A stretch of DNA of 64,000 nucleotides from a virus: positions 36,093 to 100,092 of IMG/VR virus record IMGVR_UViG_3300030329_001736, one strand, 5' to 3'. The translations under genes were made by a program, and so were the position numbers. The notes under the pieces were generated by a model. The model was not told the DNA's origin, did not search any database, and saw only the letters and a list, made by a program, of their open reading frames with translations. Of this stretch, positions 36,259-45,161 are shown one piece after another. Positions within the stretch are counted from its first letter, which is position 1, and every line of letters starts with the position of its first letter.

Positions 36259-36772
36259 GCTCCTTATAAAATTTACCTACCTTTATTATTTCATCTGGTG
36301 TGGAGTAGTTTTTAATCATGTTAACTTTGTTACAAACCCATATCACATTTCCTATTTCATATCCTTTATCGTTATCAATTCTATCAAGTGAAGGTGAATT
36401 GGGTATTGCACCTCTACCTGTAGGATTTCTTTTAAATTGAAGATTTAAAACAGGACATCTTCGATCTTCGTGAGGAAAAATTTCTTTTATGTAATCTGTA
36501 GTTATGTTAAAAAGTTTATCAGGAAATTTCTTTCTGGCTCTTATTTTTGCCCCATAAAAAGCGCGAGAAAAATAAGGGTTTTCAAAATTATCCTTTCTTT
36601 TACGCTTTCTTTTCTTAACTTCTGGACGTTGCCTATATTCTTTCATGTATTTACGATGACGTTCTAGTGTACGTTCCTTAACTTCTGGACGTTTCAAATA
36701 TTCTTTCCTACGTTCCTTAACTTCTGGACGTTGCCAGTATTCTTTCCTATATTCTTTTTTATCAAAAGTCAT
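36236..36772 (-). CDS. HNH-like (homing) endonuclease with N-terminal RPEVK repeats
   Basis: CPVL...SLDRIDNDKGYEIGNVIWVCNKVNMIK; three ttaacttctggacgtt repeats. Confidence 0.75.
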   Translation of the reverse strand: MTFDKKEYRKEYWQRPEVKERRKEYLKRPEVKERTLERHRKYMKEYRQRPEVKKRKRKRKDNFENPYFSRAFYGAKIRARKKFPDKLFNITTDYIKEIFPHEDRRCPVLNLQFKRNPTGRGAIPNSPSLDRIDNDKGYEIGNVIWVCNKVNMIKNYSTPDEIIKVGKFYKELEKNVEV

Positions 36773-38478
36773 AGAACAATATCTCCTTCACCGTCATCAC
36801 CATCAGGATTGTCACCTAGACTCTGGACTTCGCTTAACCGTCCAGTATCCTTGTTAAAGAACAGGTGACAAGCCACGCCTGTCTCTCCGCTGTAACGGTT
36901 CTTCAAGACGCGGATCGTAGTAGTGTTAGAGATGTTCTCGTCATCAGATTGTTGATCCCTTTCCATAGCTACCACTGCATCAGACAGTTGCGCTATGCTC
37001 TGACTACCTCTGAGATGAGCCAAGCTTACCTCCTTGCCATCCTCATGCCCCTTGTCTGCACCAGTGCGTCGTAGGTGAGATACCAGCAGCAGGGCTACGT
37101 TACATTCTTCTGTGATGCTACGCAGCTTAGTCATTAGGTTGTCGATGTTCCTTCGCTCATCCTCCCCTTCTAACCCAGACACTAGAATAGATAGATGATC
37201 AAGGAATATCCACTTACAATCCAGTGCCTTGATCATGTACCTGATGCGACTAAGGATTTCATCTGTACGCATAGAACCAAAGTGATCGAAGGCATAGAAC
37301 CTTCGCGTACCTACAGTAGCATCCTGCCACGCCACAAGATCGTCGCGAGAGAACTCATCCCTGACCTCCCTGATGTACAGTCTGGCATTAGCTTCGACTG
37401 ACATGAGATGGAAGATAGTGCTGCGTACATTCTCTTCCAAAGAAATGACACCGATATTCTCTGTAGTATTCTTCAATACAAAGTGCATCATCTCTCGCAT
37501 GACACTGGACTTGCCCGTGCCTGTACCCGCAGTGAACGTCACTAGCTCACCAGTACGCATACCATAGAGCTTGTCGTTAAGACCAGCGAAGGGATAGAGA
37601 CAGGTCTTGTAGTGTCCTTCTTCATAAAGAGCTTCGCCCATGTCAGCAAGATTAAGGATACCTGCTGGTGTATACTGCTTCGCATTCCACCAAGCAATAG
37701 AAAAGTCTTCACGCTTACCCTTCATCAGATACTCGTTAGCATCCTTGAAGGTAGACATGTTGACGATCTTGCACTTGTTAGGTTCAAACAGAGAAGCAAC
37801 CTTCTGTGCTGCTGACTTACCTGCGTCGTCAGAATCAAAGCAGAGTACTACGTTATCAAACGTATTCAAATACTCTAGGTTTGCCTTGCAGTTTTTGTAT
37901 GCAGATTGTGCGCCAGAGTTAACAGAAACAACAGGCCATTTAGAACCTAACATTTCGTAGGCAGACATAGCATCTAGCTCTCCTTCGCAGACAGTGATGT
38001 ACTTACCACCACCAGAGAACAGGGTCTGCCCAAAGAGAACAGCTTTGTTAAGGGTTCCCTCTGGTTGAGAGAACATAACCTTGGTATCACATATCCTTAC
38101 CTTAGTAGATATATGATTGTTATTCTTATCGTAGTAAGGGTAATGATGTTTGATAATTTTATTAGAGTTGTCTAATTCTACTGTAACATTATACTTCTTA
38201 CAGGTATTGTGAGTGATCTTTCTGTCAGCAATAGCTGAAGATACAGAGTTGTTAGTGTTCGTCATGGGCTTCACCGTAGTCCTTGGTTGTTGAAGCTGCA
38301 TTGATCTAAAGTCTCCTTCGGTCAGACTGCTTGTGTTACGATGATAGGTGGAGCAAGAGAAGCACCAAGAATGCCCATCAGAGTAGATGGTGTATGCGTC
38401 ACTTGATGAGCAGTCTGGGCATGGTCCTTGCTTGATTACCTTTGTTACATCATGGTGTTCTTGATGCTGCTTGTACAT
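36769..38478 (-). CDS. T7 gp4-like primase/helicase
   Basis: CPDC/CFSC zinc domain, EGELDAM, FDSDDAG, KDANE, AGTGTGKS, FLDHL, LRGSQSIAQLSD, LKNRYSG. Confidence 0.96.
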   Translation of the reverse strand: MYKQHQEHHDVTKVIKQGPCPDCSSSDAYTIYSDGHSWCFSCSTYHRNTSSLTEGDFRSMQLQQPRTTVKPMTNTNNSVSSAIADRKITHNTCKKYNVTVELDNSNKIIKHHYPYYDKNNNHISTKVRICDTKVMFSQPEGTLNKAVLFGQTLFSGGGKYITVCEGELDAMSAYEMLGSKWPVVSVNSGAQSAYKNCKANLEYLNTFDNVVLCFDSDDAGKSAAQKVASLFEPNKCKIVNMSTFKDANEYLMKGKREDFSIAWWNAKQYTPAGILNLADMGEALYEEGHYKTCLYPFAGLNDKLYGMRTGELVTFTAGTGTGKSSVMREMMHFVLKNTTENIGVISLEENVRSTIFHLMSVEANARLYIREVRDEFSRDDLVAWQDATVGTRRFYAFDHFGSMRTDEILSRIRYMIKALDCKWIFLDHLSILVSGLEGEDERRNIDNLMTKLRSITEECNVALLLVSHLRRTGADKGHEDGKEVSLAHLRGSQSIAQLSDAVVAMERDQQSDDENISNTTTIRVLKNRYSGETGVACHLFFNKDTGRLSEVQSLGDNPDGDDGEGDIVL

Positions 38479-38727
38479 TTAGTACCTCGACGGTATAGGT
38501 TTACCTTTATCTTTTGTTTTGATTTGATCAGAAACACTTTGTAAACTATAGAACTCTCTTAATAGATTTTGTAAATCAGATATAAAAATATCTCCATTGT
38601 GTTCATCCATTTGTTGGTAAGCACAAGACACAGAAGAAACATAATCTTCTACGATGTCTTCTAAGGTACGTTCTTTGTCCTTCCATCTGTATTTAGAAAG
38701 CGTAATCATATTATTCATCTCCTTCAT
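38479..38727 (-). CDS. Hypothetical protein
   Basis: ORF in a tightly packed leftward operon. Confidence 0.5.
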   Translation of the reverse strand: MKEMNNMITLSKYRWKDKERTLEDIVEDYVSSVSCAYQQMDEHNGDIFISDLQNLLREFYSLQSVSDQIKTKDKGKPIPSRY

Positions 38728-38896
38728 TTACATATGTGAACTCGGCCTTGTCTGTGCCATTAGAAAACAAAGTGAAGGTCGCTCGTTCTCCGTTTTCAGT
38801 AGTGACAGTTACGGTAGTGTAATGAGTTTCAGATGTAGGCAGGTAGCTATCTTCGATTTTGACGTTAGTTACTTGATGGATGTTAGTGCTAATCAT
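38711..38896 (-). CDS. Hypothetical protein
   Basis: RBS and operon packing. Confidence 0.5.
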   Translation of the reverse strand: MISTNIHQVTNVKIEDSYLPTSETHYTTVTVTTENGERATFTLFSNGTDKAEFTYVNEGDE

Positions 38897-38900
38897 AATA

Positions 38901-39134
38901 TTAATCCTTTACGATTTTATATTCAAGGGTTTTACGAGGGGATATTTTAACAATCAATCTATCTTTACTCTTAAACTTGTTATCGTATTTGAGGTGACTC
39001 ATTAGATTTCCTAATGAACATAGCTCATCTCGCATCTCCTGTCTAGTGCCTTCGTCAAAAATAAAACCAACAGACCAACTCTTAGCTGTTCTATTTGAAC
39101 CTATAATTATCTTGTACATCTTTTGATTCTCCAT
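38901..39134 (-). CDS. Hypothetical protein
   Basis: Operon packing. Confidence 0.5.
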   Translation of the reverse strand: MENQKMYKIIIGSNRTAKSWSVGFIFDEGTRQEMRDELCSLGNLMSHLKYDNKFKSKDRLIVKISPRKTLEYKIVKD

Positions 39135-39258
39135 AGATAGTTTTCTTTATAGGCTTATCCTTCTTTCTGTTATACTTTTTCTTGGACACAACCACCTTGT
39201 GACCCAGAGCGCGTCGCCATCTCCAGTTAGGATCACGGTTCTTAATTACTTTGCTCAT
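39091..39258 (-). CDS. Small basic protein with KKKYNRK motif
   Basis: MSKVIKNRDPNWRWRRALGHKVVVSKKKYNRKKDK; start moved to 39258. Confidence 0.5.
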   Translation of the reverse strand: MSKVIKNRDPNWRWRRALGHKVVVSKKKYNRKKDKPIKKTIYGESKDVQDNYRFK

Positions 39259-39427
39259 CTTGGTTATCCAATATCTCATTGACAAATGCCATGTCACCAG
39301 ACATGATTTCATCTGTCTCTTCCGCTGCCAATTTCTTGGCTTCCTTCCTGTTATAACCCTCTTGCATATAGGTTGTCAACAGTTCTCTGAAAATAATTTT
39401 CCTGTCTTTCTCCCATAGATTTTTCAT
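39242..39427 (-). CDS. Hypothetical protein
   Basis: TAATG coupling. Confidence 0.55.
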   Translation of the reverse strand: MKNLWEKDRKIIFRELLTTYMQEGYNRKEAKKLAAEETDEIMSGDMAFVNEILDNQDEQSN

Positions 39428-39615
39428 TACTCTTCCACTTTCTCCCGGTGGATATTATGTAGAGACAGAGACAAAGAATCATCTATTGAATCTGATTTTT
39501 TAATTTCAAAACTGTGTATTCCATGCTCGTTTGTATAGATGGCTAAGTATAAACCATTTAAAGATATCTCATTATAAATCATTGTTCCTTTTCCTTGTTG
39601 GTTAAAGCATTCCAA
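39427..39615 (-). CDS. Hypothetical protein (likely start MIYNE)
   Basis: Operon packing. Confidence 0.4.
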   Translation of the reverse strand: MECFNQQGKGTMIYNEISLNGLYLAIYTNEHGIHSFEIKKSDSIDDSLSLSLHNIHREKVEE

Positions 39616-40259
39616 GAAGCAGGATACAATACCTTAATTATTTTATCCCAAAGGGAAGCTAAGTATTGTATCTCCTTCTGTGCGTGAGGATCACTCCTCA
39701 AATTGTAGGCTCTAGCAAAAGCGTAGAGAGAACCAGTAACATAATAGCTGGTGTACATAGATTGTGGCAACACCATTCTTGCTTGCTCTGGACATACACC
39801 TAATCTTAATAGGTGATTATATGTCCACTCACAAGTCTTCAATGCCTTCTGGTATTCATTCATGTAAGAACCTGTATCGATATCGACAGTCTCATTACTA
39901 CTACCTTGCTTTGCATTCGATGCTCTTCGACGCCATTCCGTTGGCTCATAAAATTCTGGTGGACTATCAATGTATCTTCGCGATACCTCATTGTAAGAGA
40001 ACCCTACCATATGTTTGAACCTTTGTCTAGCCACAAAAATAGGAACCTCTTCTCGTAGAGTTATACTACAATGAGTGAATGGTGTAAAGTGATTATGTTT
40101 TGATAGATAGTTAATTAGTTTTATATCTGATTCCTTTAGTTCTTTCAGACCTGTAGCAGGTATATCTTTTTCCCAGATAGATTCTTTATCGAAGGATACT
40201 CTGGCTGAATTAACTACAGTTAAATCATCACCAGAATAACTTATTAATTCTGCTTTCAT
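39579..40259 (-). CDS. thyX: FAD-dependent thymidylate synthase
   Basis: VVNSARVSF, HFTPF, VARQRFKH...NEVSRRY, EQARMVLP, HAQKEI. Confidence 0.95.
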   Translation of the reverse strand: MKAELISYSGDDLTVVNSARVSFDKESIWEKDIPATGLKELKESDIKLINYLSKHNHFTPFTHCSITLREEVPIFVARQRFKHMVGFSYNEVSRRYIDSPPEFYEPTEWRRRASNAKQGSSNETVDIDTGSYMNEYQKALKTCEWTYNHLLRLGVCPEQARMVLPQSMYTSYYVTGSLYAFARAYNLRSDPHAQKEIQYLASLWDKIIKVLYPASWNALTNKEKEQ

Positions 40260-40274
40260 TATTTACTTACCTTT

Positions 40275-40349
40275 TTACTGTGTCAATAAGAAAGAAACAA
40301 TCATAACAATACCTATAAGACACACTATGGTTTCAGTCTTTGTTATCAT
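40275..40349 (-). CDS. 24-aa single-helix hydrophobic micropeptide (not in ORF track)
   Basis: MITKTETIVCLIGIVMIVSFLLTQ with upstream AAGGA; fills the gap before thyX. Confidence 0.35.
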   Translation of the reverse strand: MITKTETIVCLIGIVMIVSFLLTQ

Positions 40350-40371
40350 TATATACTCTATCCTTCTTAGT

Positions 40372-40689
40372 TTAAGGTAACTCTAATGGTGCATATATTT
40401 TTCTGACCATATCAACCTTCTTATCTCGCGGGTAATCCTTACAAGATTCATGTTTCTTGTCAAATAAATCTATCATTTCTTCTTCATTAATTGTAGCAGT
40501 ATTTACAATATATTCGTCAATATAATCTTGAGAAAATGCATCACATTGTTCACAGATAACAGTGTCCCTTGCCCATTCAACAGGATCACAAGGTTGATCT
40601 GGGTTTAACTTTTGCAAATCATCTTTGTGTAAGACATAACGCACACGGAAAGATGAGACACAAGTTACAACAACATAATCTTTATCCAT
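40372..40689 (-). CDS. Hypothetical protein
   Basis: AAGGA RBS directly after the tRNA. Confidence 0.6.
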   Translation of the reverse strand: MDKDYVVVTCVSSFRVRYVLHKDDLQKLNPDQPCDPVEWARDTVICEQCDAFSQDYIDEYIVNTATINEEEMIDLFDKKHESCKDYPRDKKVDMVRKIYAPLELP

Positions 40690-40703
40690 TTTCTTTTCCT
40701 TTT

Positions 40704-40780
40704 TGGCGCTCTCGGTAGGACTCGAACCTACAACCTATAGATTAGAAGTCTATTGCTCTATCCGGTTGAGCTACGAGAGC
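40704..40780 (-). tRNA. tRNA-Arg(UCU) with encoded CCA
   Basis: GCTCTCG acceptor stem, anticodon arm ATAGA-CTTCTAA-TCTAT, T arm GTAGG-TTCGAGT-CCTAC, GCCA end. Confidence 0.95.
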
Positions 40781-41160
40781 TATCTGTTTAACAACCTGTT
40801 AGAGATACTTTCTAATTCCTGCTCTACTCTTGATAACTTTCCTTCAAGGTACTTTACTTCCTCAGTTAATTGTTTTACTTTCTTATACTCATTATATAGT
40901 TGAGCAGTAAGTGTAGATATTTCTTTCTTAGCTAACATTACTTCATAGCTATCATCTTTTACTTCATTACTATCTACTTTTAAATCACCATCGTTGTATA
41001 CTTTATCACCATCTAATATATTTCTTAGTGCTGCTCTAAGTTTAAGAGCATCTATCAATGGTGCTTCAGATGGGGATATGTCCTTTAATATAAATTCTTC
41101 TAGGTCATCTCTTAACATACTAAAAGTCATCCCCAAATCCAGAGTCAGGGAAGACATCAT
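40780..41160 (-). CDS. Hypothetical coiled-coil protein
   Basis: C-terminal coiled coil; stop codon shares its last base with the tRNA 5' end. Confidence 0.55.
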   Translation of the reverse strand: MMSSLTLDLGMTFSMLRDDLEEFILKDISPSEAPLIDALKLRAALRNILDGDKVYNDGDLKVDSNEVKDDSYEVMLAKKEISTLTAQLYNEYKKVKQLTEEVKYLEGKLSRVEQELESISNRLLNR

Positions 41161-41482
41161 CCATACTTTCTATATTAGAATTACATTTCTTTTCTGAAGA
41201 TGCTTTATTAATTATGTCCTGTAACTCACTGGCAATAAAGTCAAATTCATACATCAGTTGTTCTGCATTGAATAGCATAACACCTTCTGCATATTCAGAA
41301 GCTTGTCCTTCTTTTTTGTGATTGCTCCCTATGTATTCAGAAACAAGATCACTCATCAGAACTTTACAGATAGGTTTAACTCCGTACTCTGCATCAAGAT
41401 AAAAGGATACATACAAACCCTCATCCCGTGTCTCAAGCTGAACTCCTACATCATCCAAAACAAATTTACTTTTGATCATCAT
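41120..41482 (-). CDS. Hypothetical acidic protein
   Basis: AAGGA RBS; operon packing. Confidence 0.55.
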   Translation of the reverse strand: MMIKSKFVLDDVGVQLETRDEGLYVSFYLDAEYGVKPICKVLMSDLVSEYIGSNHKKEGQASEYAEGVMLFNAEQLMYEFDFIASELQDIINKASSEKKCNSNIESMDDVFPDSGFGDDF

Positions 41483-41500
41483 TGATTTAATCCTTAGTTG

Positions 41501-41746
41501 TTAAGTCACTGTGTACTTTACTATTCCATTAACAAGCAATGCACAAGACACAGAATTAATAACTATCAATGCCCTGTCATTCCAAATTATAGCTACGATC
41601 AACCAACCAAACAACCCTAATGAATGAACAAATAGATTAAAAGGGTATAAATTATTGGATGTAAGTATCATGCCAAAGATAAGAACAATAGTTGATACCC
41701 ATTTAATATACCAATCTACAGTGTGGGTAGGTGTGATTTTTTTCAA
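41501..41746 (-). CDS. Small three-helix membrane protein
   Basis: WYIKWVST...YPFNL...GWLIVAIIWNDRALIVIN; TTG start with RBS. Confidence 0.65.
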   Translation of the reverse strand: MKKITPTHTVDWYIKWVSTIVLIFGMILTSNNLYPFNLFVHSLGLFGWLIVAIIWNDRALIVINSVSCALLVNGIVKYTVT

Positions 41747-41768
41747 TAGATTAATTCCTTACATAGGT

Positions 41769-41807
41769 AAAGGAGGTGGACTTAGCACATAAACTAAATC
41801 CACCTCC
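41769..41807 (-). terminator. Probable intrinsic terminator
   Basis: GGAGGTGGA...TCCACCTCC stem followed by TTT. Confidence 0.55.
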
Positions 41808-41817
41808 ACGCTTACAA

Positions 41818-42006
41818 CTAATGGACTCTATTTAACCGAGAAATACTTTCAGGATATTGCTCAGTCTCCCACTCTTCTACACCATTAAGGTAGTCGTTAA
41901 TCTGACTAACTGGAATAGCCTCAATGAATGGTGCATGAGACACAGTAAGCAGATAAGACTTCATGTAGCCGGGGATATCAGTATGATTTCTATACTTGTA
42001 AACCAT
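41818..42006 (-). CDS. Hypothetical protein
   Basis: AAAGGA RBS. Confidence 0.55.
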   Translation of the reverse strand: MVYKYRNHTDIPGYMKSYLLTVSHAPFIEAIPVSQINDYLNGVEEWETEQYPESISRLNRVH

Positions 42007-42032
42007 TATGGTAGTCCTTTCTTGTTGTGTTG

Positions 42033-42977
42033 TTAAGCTGCCTCAAGGAAGTCAGCAAACACCTTACTACCAAGCCATTTACTGACCTGTTCCTGACGCT
42101 TGAGTAGTGTACCATCATCTCCACTACGAGTCAAGCTGAACCTAGTATCCTCATCACCGTGACTGCTGTAGTTACTCAATGAAGATACAACAGAGAAGAC
42201 GTTGCTGCCACGTTCCTTCACCTCATCAATGTACTGTGCGAACAAACGGTCAGACAGTACGTTGGTCCGCTTGGGATCATCGGTCGTACCTGATGTTAAC
42301 TTACGGAAAAGGTCAAGGACTTTCTTGCTGTCATAGATATGGGAGTCAGCCCACTGCTGGTACTTCTCAACGGTATCCTTGTGTCGCTCAAGGGACATTT
42401 CAAATGCTTCAATGAACCCATCGACAGCAAAATTTCTTGTGTGCTTGCGTCGAGTAACATCATACACACCATTGATCTGACCATTGGTACAGAAGAAGTC
42501 AATGTCACCAGCATAGAACACAACACTAGAAGAACTATTAAAAGCATTCTTCATAATAAACCTAAGACCAAACTTAGTCTTATGTCCTGTGTTGGTTTCT
42601 ACTTCCCTGCTAAGAGCAGGTAAGATGTATTCTGCAAAACACGTTACACCGTTACGAGTAATGTGATCCTTGATTACTACATCATCAAGGACAGTAGGAT
42701 CGAAGTAGTTGATCATCTGTTCTTGAAGAGGCATGAGAATCTCTTGGTTCTCTACTACCCTATAGTTCTTTCCTACTATACCGAGGCAATGATCTTGTTC
42801 AGAGAAACCATCTCCGCGTGACAGCATCTTGTAGTTTTGAGGAACAAGACCAGTAGTAATACCTACTACATCCTGTTCAAAGACAGGGAAAAAGATATCC
42901 CTGCCCTCCGTTGTAGACAGTCGCTCCACTCCGCTCATGGTAGTGGTATTAAACTTATCTTCTACAAAGCTCATCAT
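42033..42977 (-). CDS. DUF932 family protein
   Basis: LGIVGKNYRVVEN, NAFNSSSS, FFCTNG, RKHT. Confidence 0.8.
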   Translation of the reverse strand: MMSFVEDKFNTTTMSGVERLSTTEGRDIFFPVFEQDVVGITTGLVPQNYKMLSRGDGFSEQDHCLGIVGKNYRVVENQEILMPLQEQMINYFDPTVLDDVVIKDHITRNGVTCFAEYILPALSREVETNTGHKTKFGLRFIMKNAFNSSSSVVFYAGDIDFFCTNGQINGVYDVTRRKHTRNFAVDGFIEAFEMSLERHKDTVEKYQQWADSHIYDSKKVLDLFRKLTSGTTDDPKRTNVLSDRLFAQYIDEVKERGSNVFSVVSSLSNYSSHGDEDTRFSLTRSGDDGTLLKRQEQVSKWLGSKVFADFLEAA

Positions 42978-42996
42978 GTCTTAGTCTCCTTTAAGG

Positions 42997-43197
42997 TTAA
43001 TCTTCGTCATCATCATACATATCAGTTATTTGTTTCTGAGTAAAGCCTAAATTCACCATCTCATAGATAAATTTATCTTCTGTTATAGCACCGTAAGCGT
43101 AGAGAGTTTTGACCCTCTCTACCTTACGATTCCAGAACTCCTGCACAGAAACAATAACTGCCGTCGTAGGTTTATTCGTTGGGGTCTGGATTACCAT
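42997..43197 (-). CDS. Hypothetical protein (start moved to MVIQTP after AGGAG)
   Basis: RBS; acidic C-terminus. Confidence 0.45.
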   Translation of the reverse strand: MVIQTPTNKPTTAVIVSVQEFWNRKVERVKTLYAYGAITEDKFIYEMVNLGFTQKQITDMYDDDED

Positions 43198-43326
43198 ACA
43201 TCTCCTCATAGTGTTGGACATATCGTTCGTAAATCTTCTTAGATTTGGTATGGTTCCAGTACCATTGAGGCATCCTTTCGTACTGCCTCTCCAGATCACG
43301 GCACCATTCCATATAGGTCATCATTA

Positions 43327-43734
43327 CTACATCTCCAAGGTATTGTCAAGGATGCGAAGACATTCCAAAGCGTTGCGCCGCATCGTTTGTTTTAGGTTAA
43401 GATCAGACTTACCATTCTCTTGATCTCGACGGGCTTGAAGTTTAACAGCAAAACCAAAGTCTGTCCAGTGTCCTAATCGAATGTTCCTGCCCATCAATTT
43501 GTTTACTTCATCAGTCCGATAATCGGCATACCCTCCACCAATGGGCGAGACAGTCTGATAGTTATACTTCTTTGTGTTGTCTCTCCACTCTTTGACATCC
43601 TCTTCCGCAAAGAAGATGTTAGACTTATGCTTGATGGACTTGAGCAGTCCCTTGTGCTTGGCATTATACACTGTTCCAACAGTAAGATTAGTTGCTGCGG
43701 AAACGTCGGCGGCGGTCAGGTTGTAGTTCTTCAT
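43327..43734 (-). CDS. MerR/excisionase-like helix-turn-helix protein
   Basis: LTAADVSAATNLTVGTVYN...GLLKS...IFFAEEDVKEW. Confidence 0.75.
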   Translation of the reverse strand: MKNYNLTAADVSAATNLTVGTVYNAKHKGLLKSIKHKSNIFFAEEDVKEWRDNTKKYNYQTVSPIGGGYADYRTDEVNKLMGRNIRLGHWTDFGFAVKLQARRDQENGKSDLNLKQTMRRNALECLRILDNTLEM

Positions 43735-43765
43735 GGTTCTATTCCTTTAAGGTTGGGGTTAAGTT

Positions 43766-44455
43766 TTAGTGTATTGACAGGTGTACTACCTGCTGTCGGT
43801 TAATAGTTGTCTGACTAAAGCAACCTGCTTTGCAGTCAGCACAATGCCCTGTTAATTTCTTGTGTGTCTTAGGACATTTGAAGACACGCTTGCCTGTTGC
43901 TGGACTGTGCGTCAGGGCATCATCACCAAAGAACATGATGTTCCAGCCATCTCGTTCTAACATACTCCACTCATCGCTAGTGTTACTTGGATCAAGACTA
44001 GCGTTGACTGCAATATTATCTAATGGGAATAGCTCAATCTGTATTAACTCTTTGAGCATAGGGTTTCGCCACGCTCTCGTTGGCATCCACCATGTAGTGT
44101 TAGGCATAGACTGTACCATTGCTTTAACACGGTAAACATCAGCAATATCTTTGATTGCTTCGCCGCGTGTGTTCAACCTAATACGTTTGGTTTGCTTACG
44201 TTTCCTAGAAAAATATTTAGGAACCAAGGACATATTGGTTTCGTTGAGAGCTTGCCATTCTGTCTCACACCTATCATCGCGCTTCGCCATGTTAGGATAT
44301 AACTTGTACAGTTTTACATTGTAACAAGTATCATCACAGAAAGGTGTTCTGTGGTCACATGATCCAGTATGGTTTACCGTGTCATTGATTGGCCTGTCGC
44401 TTGCGTACATACCAATATCAGAACAAAAGCGGTATAAGTCTACTATCTTTTCCAT
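43766..44455 (-). CDS. gp88-family Cys-rich protein (radical-SAM-like fold)
   Basis: CDHRTPFCDDTCY, IRLNTRGE, WWMPTR, CPKT...CADCKAGC. Confidence 0.6.
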   Translation of the reverse strand: MEKIVDLYRFCSDIGMYASDRPINDTVNHTGSCDHRTPFCDDTCYNVKLYKLYPNMAKRDDRCETEWQALNETNMSLVPKYFSRKRKQTKRIRLNTRGEAIKDIADVYRVKAMVQSMPNTTWWMPTRAWRNPMLKELIQIELFPLDNIAVNASLDPSNTSDEWSMLERDGWNIMFFGDDALTHSPATGKRVFKCPKTHKKLTGHCADCKAGCFSQTTINRQQVVHLSIH

Positions 44456-44461
44456 AGTAGT

Positions 44462-44602
44462 TTAATCCTCGTCGTAGTCACAGGGTTCAATCTCTTCCGC
44501 TAATGCAACAGAGACTGCCGCACTTTCGCTTAGACCCTCTTCCATTAGAGCATCTATCTTGTTAAGTAAACTATTTTCCCATGCTAGTTCCCTACTTGTC
44601 AT
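44462..44602 (-). CDS. 46-aa acidic protein (not in ORF track)
   Basis: MTSRELAWENSLLNKIDALMEEGLSESAAVSVALAEEIEPCDYDED. Confidence 0.45.
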   Translation of the reverse strand: MTSRELAWENSLLNKIDALMEEGLSESAAVSVALAEEIEPCDYDED

Positions 44603-44861
44603 TGTTTGGCATCCTTTCAATGACATCAACGACTATCCATTTTCGATAGTCGAAATTGAATCCGCTTCGATCCTCTATTACATCACGGTATTCATCGTGA
44701 TCAAACCACGGCATGTGAAGCTCATTAACTTGAACCCACACGTTGACTTTGCCGTCTGCCCGCTTAGAGTATTCACGCGGGTAGTTCTTTAATACTGCAT
44801 CCAACATTTCTTGTTTCCTTTCAGTCATTAAGTAGATGTTCCCAGTAAAGATCGACGACAT
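44592..44861 (-). CDS. Hypothetical protein
   Basis: Early-region ORF; likely start at MTERK. Confidence 0.5.
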   Translation of the reverse strand: MSSIFTGNIYLMTERKQEMLDAVLKNYPREYSKRADGKVNVWVQVNELHMPWFDHDEYRDVIEDRSGFNFDYRKWIVVDVIERMPNNDK

Positions 44862-45161
44862 CCTGTGCCGTCATAAGCAACAGTTGTCTAGTGTCCAGCG
44901 AGTGCTGGAATACTAACCACCATTCATCTATCTTATCTTCGACAGACCTATGGAAGTCTTCTGCTTTGCAGTATTTCATTCGTAGTTTTCCTTCCTCATT
45001 GAAAATTAGTATTGTTTTTAGTTATTGTCCTAACAAAGTCTATTAACTTGTCTCGATTATTGTTAACCTTCTTATGGAACTGAACACTTTTGACCAGTTC
45101 CCACGGGACATCTGCCAGTTCATCTTCCCAGATTTTTTTTAATTCTTTTCTTGTCATAATT

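Noticed and set aside
40703-40903. Plus-strand ORF MALSVGLEPTT
   Set aside because: Antisense reading of the tRNA gene.
43327-43734. Excisionase implying a temperate lifestyle or prophage
   Set aside because: No integrase, att-like tRNA duplication or host genes in the window; the fold is common in simple regulators.
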